Source: Ascidiella aspersa
Lineage: Eukaryota
Reading direction: 5' to 3'
Length of the DNA stretch: 64,000 nucleotides
Assembly (NCBI GenBank): GCA_963924565.1
Contig: OZ004607.1
Span: forward strand, 13,702,001-13,766,000
Shown here: one piece after another, positions 60,201-64,000 of the stretch
How positions within the stretch are numbered: the first letter of the stretch is position 1
Layout of the letters: every line of letters starts with the position of its first letter
The notes under the pieces: generated by a model
The model's input: only the letters and a program-made list of their open reading frames with translations
Databases searched by the model: none
What the model was told of the DNA's origin: nothing
Position numbers and translations under genes: made by a program

Positions 60201-63076
60201 TACACACGTTTGTTATTAGGTTTCGCCGTATAGTTAACTCTGGCTTTAAGCCTAAGGTTTAAACAAATTTTTAACTGTTCCGTAGCTCGTTGAGAAACAC
60301 TATTTTTTTCAGAAATTTTACCATTTTTTCTTGGTTTAAGATTTTTCCGACTTTCCATCAGTGATGAACATCAGCGCAACTGACGAAGACATCGGATATA
60401 ACGCCAAGCTATTGTTCAAAGAAAGTCCTGGCACGAAGCGAGTCTTTGCCGCTGACGGTTTACCAGTTGGTACGTCTACTTCTCCCAGCATTTACTTAGA
60501 CATTGACGACCATCATACATCAGTAAACGGCAGCAATGAGAATTCGCCACAGACAATCTTTTTTACCATCTCTCGGTTAATTGTCATGTGAAATCACAAT
60601 TCGACAATGCTCATCGCAAGTTTGCTTTCATATCTATTAATATACAAGTATTGTTATTTTTGAACACAATTTTCACTTTTTTATATGCAATTATTACCGC
60701 GTGATATTATTTGAATTTTGTCAAGTCTATATTACGATTATGCTTAGTTTCAATTAACACTCGATTTGCGATCAATTATGCAAAGATCTCCACGTATTAT
60801 TATAATCAAACTTGATTCTTACCCCGTAGTTAGGATGGTCAAAACCAACACTGCCCTGCAATTAAAATAGGTGTAGGGTCGTTACCATTTATAGGAAAAC
60901 TATAAAATACTGAAAATAACGACACCGTTTAAATTTATTGTTTTTTTATATATGTCAAAGAAAACTCTATGGATACCCTGGTTAATGTACGTTCTGACGG
61001 TGAAGTGCTTCTGTGGAGCCCGGACCTCAAACCAGATACGACGATAACCTTTGGTGTTATCGTCAAAGACTGCTACAACAGTGCAAACGGTTGGTAGGCT
61101 ATAACGATGTGTTTGATACTAAGTATTTTATTTCAAAATTGAGGCAGAACATACCGCGAACCGATCCGATACCGGGAACCGATTTTCGAGTTGAAAATTA
61201 GGTTGAAATATGCCCTTGTATTTGAAAGTCTATTTATATTTGATTTATAATGTAATATTTTCTGAAAAATTTACCTTTTAAAGTAACTCAACATTGGAAC
61301 GCAAACTGTGGCTGTAATGTACAACTATAGTAGTATTGGATGGTTACCGATACCTACGAAATATGGGATGAGTACAAATACTATTACTTGGTATAGGAAG
61401 TCGACTAGGACCCGAAATTATCAGATATCCTTCGTTATAGCGCATAACACCTAACACAGCCCTTGTCGTTAAACTACGTCTGGTCAATTTACACTTCTTC
61501 GCACTTTTAAGAGATAAGACACATTACGTATATGTAAACTCAAAGAGTTCAAAAGTGTTTTTCTCCACACTTGTATGGGCGATTCTAAATCTTTTTAAAG
61601 TCACGCTTTGCACGACAGTCGCACAGGAACTCACTAAACACAGCACAGTTTTGACTGATTGCTTACTGGCATGTTTATACTGCCAAATTTATAACGTTGG
61701 GTTGTTTGCCGCAGGTAACCGAGCAACGGCTACAGCTACGATAAAAATCATCCCGAATCCTTCTGCAGACCCAACAAGCAACCCAGTCACCGATAACGGT
61801 ACGCTTTTTTAACTACTTTACTTTATATTACGATATAAATATGTTTGCGAGATTAAACACATATATTTATATGAACTGTAGGTACCAGGACTAACGTCAA
61901 ACAAGATAGCTCCTTTGGTCATTATTTTGGTTCTCCAATGTTTTGAAGACCTACACGAGTAGCTTAAAAAAAGACGATTTTTACGATTGTATCTTGCTAT
62001 TTTAACAAACTTGCTTTATATTACGATATAAATATGTTTACGAGATTAAACACATATCTTTATATGAACTGTTGGTACCAGGACTAATGTCAAACAAATT
62101 AGCCCCTTTAGTCATTTTTTTGTTCTCCAATGTGTTGACGACCTACACAAGTAGCCTAAAATATACCAGAAAAATTTGAAGAATGTATCTTGCTTGGCTT
62201 GCAGTCCTGACGTTCCGATGGTGGATGGTGGGGGCTCCGGTACTGGCGGTCGTTTTGTTCGTGGCGGTTGGACTTGCAGTTGTCCGGATACGAGCTCGTA
62301 ACAAGGGAGCAGTGCTGATGATCGACGACGGTGGGTATTTCACCTGTAGTGTAAGAAAGCAGGCGAATACGGAAATTTTATTAACGAGTAGTAAAAATGT
62401 GTTAAAAGAAGCAAGGTTTTCAAAGGTAGCTATGTTTAGAGGGTTTTTTGATAAAGTGTGGTCGTTTCAATATAGTTCGTATACATAACAAGCATTTATC
62501 TAAGTTATTTTAAACGGGGAGCTTATGTGTCCCCCCATGCCACCTCTCACGATCAACTTTCACCTTTCTGTACCAAAGAATTAAACGAGCATCAACAGTT
62601 AAAATAGTCGTCAAATATCGTCAAACGTCCTATTCATCAACCGACAATCAACGAACAACTACATGCGCGTAATTGTTTCTGAACCGAGGCGGATTTCTGA
62701 AAAACAACCCAAGCCAAAGCATTTACTGTATTAAACATGATTGATTGCAATGTCTTAAATAAACACGACTGACTATAGTTGCAGTATAGGACAATTAGAC
62801 TATTTAACTGATCATTTCCACAGAGTTTCTTCTGGCTGTTGAAGGAGCACCAACCACATAGCAACAAGAAGGCGCTTAGTTGACTGCCGTAATACTTAGT
62901 CACTCAGCTGAATGATCGCATTTATTAGAAAGCTTCCGGTGATGCAGACTTCTTGTGTTTACTATTTTACATCTGCATTAAGTTCAAATTGTTTGAGTGC
63001 CATGTTGCTTATGTGCGTTAACTGTCCTTGCTTTTTGTCTTTATATTTTTTTGTTGACACTGTAGGACTACTTTAA
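56981..63076 (+). CDS. Cadherin-repeat type I membrane protein (two EC-like repeats, mucin-like insert, TM, very short tail), ~407 aa
   Basis: Exons 56981-57041 (signal peptide MDFKASIFILLWQICSG), 58149-58201 (SIPE), 58581-59111 (VDREKHD), 60007-60106 (INVTDKNDNTPVF), 60341-60469 (ATDEDIGYNA), 60961-61089 (SDGEV), 61715-61798, 62205-62330 (TM), 63066-63076 (tentative last exon). First and last exons are less certain. Confidence 0.7.
60116..60200. repeat. (CT)n microsatellite followed by (TA)n
   Basis: Directly visible. Confidence 0.98.
61821..62194. repeat. Tandem duplication, ~193-bp period, two diverged copies in a cadherin-gene intron
   Basis: ctttatattacgatataaatatgttt...ggtaccaggactaa...gacctacac...tgtatcttgct starting at 61821 and 62014. 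Confidence 0.9.
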
Positions 63077-63765
63077 GTTACACTGACCACTGCCATTGTA
63101 GCATAGACCACTCCTTTGACCTTGAGACTGTAAAGTCGAAACAGGGGTGGACAAGGTCATTTTTTTTGTTTGAAGTTGCAATATACGTTCACGTGAAAAG
63201 TTCCACAAATATCGCGAAACACTGATTTTTCGTTAAATCGTAAATTATTATAGTTAACTTTCAATTTCGCACCATTTTATGTAGTTACAGAATTATATTC
63301 AAATCGTTTAGTTTCCATAACCGATAAAACAGAAAGATACGCGTACTTTATTTGTTGCTTTTATTTGTTGCTTTTTTATTTATACTGGGTTCGGTTTTTG
63401 TGAAATAAATTTCTTTAATAAAATTTTAAATGTGTCCCTACCAAAACTAAATGGACTTTGACCACCATATTAAAATTCGCGTTCTTTAAGCAACCACTGG
63501 TTTAGGAAATTTCGTATAAAAGCACTAACTAACCAACCGAAAAATTATGGATCAAGGAAAATATTTCCAATGGCTCCCTGGACAATTTACGGCCTATACT
63601 TAATTGTTAATTGTTTAATTGTTTTAATTGTTCTGCAAAAATTATTGTTTGAGTCACCACTATAGCCTATTACTCATTTACCCAATACAGGCGTGGAAAA
63701 TATTTCTATTTTATACTATTTTACTATTCATTGAGGAGATGTCGGGATGCCCTAGTAATAAAGAT

Positions 63766-63827
63766 ACATGGCTGGTAAGAAATAAATATTTATTTTATAT
63801 TTACATGGCTGGTAAGAAATAAATATT
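63766..63827. repeat. ~26-bp direct repeat x2 (tacatggctggtaagaaataaatatt)
   Basis: Directly visible. Confidence 0.85.
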
Positions 63828-64000
63828 ATAAGAATATTTCTTTACTGGGTTTTACCGGAACGCTGTTCCAGTTTGCTTTTCAACACTGCGATAACAATTT
63901 TGAACACCCTAACAGCGCCACACTACGGATTAACTTATCATCCGCGATCAAACTTAGTCAATAACATGGCCGCATTACAAATACCGCCACACCTTAATCT

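Noticed and set aside
59827-60262. ORFs with poly-SL tracts
   Set aside because: Translation of the (CT)n microsatellite

Overview
Eukaryotic (animal) genomic DNA with AT-rich introns. The compact genes and the multi-trefoil secreted protein are compatible with an invertebrate chordate (ascidian-like), but the taxon is only inferred. Four + strand spliced genes were assembled by hand with phase-consistent GT-AG junctions: (1) the 3' part of a trithorax/KMT2A-B (MLL1/2) H3K4 methyltransferase gene (22 exons, 3261-28421; PHD2/3, bromo, ePHD, FYRN, FYRC, Win, SET, post-SET); (2) a ~810-aa secreted protein with six trefoil (P-type) domains (36707-47019); (3) an unrecognised ~241-aa three-TM protein with a basic N-terminus (49046-54342); (4) a ~407-aa two-repeat 'mini-cadherin' (56981-63076). 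A solo, intact Ty3/gypsy Gag-like ORF lies antisense in a KMT2 intron (630-1610). A young 5'-truncated Penelope-like retroelement (RT + GIY-YIG) sits in another KMT2 intron, nested in a hAT MITE. It has 337-bp inverted pseudo-LTRs that each carry a hammerhead ribozyme. Two further hammerhead-bearing Penelope remnants (30.7-31.2 kb, 48.5-48.8 kb), several hAT MITEs, foldbacks and tandem repeats are also present. All coordinates were read by eye and may be off by a few bases.
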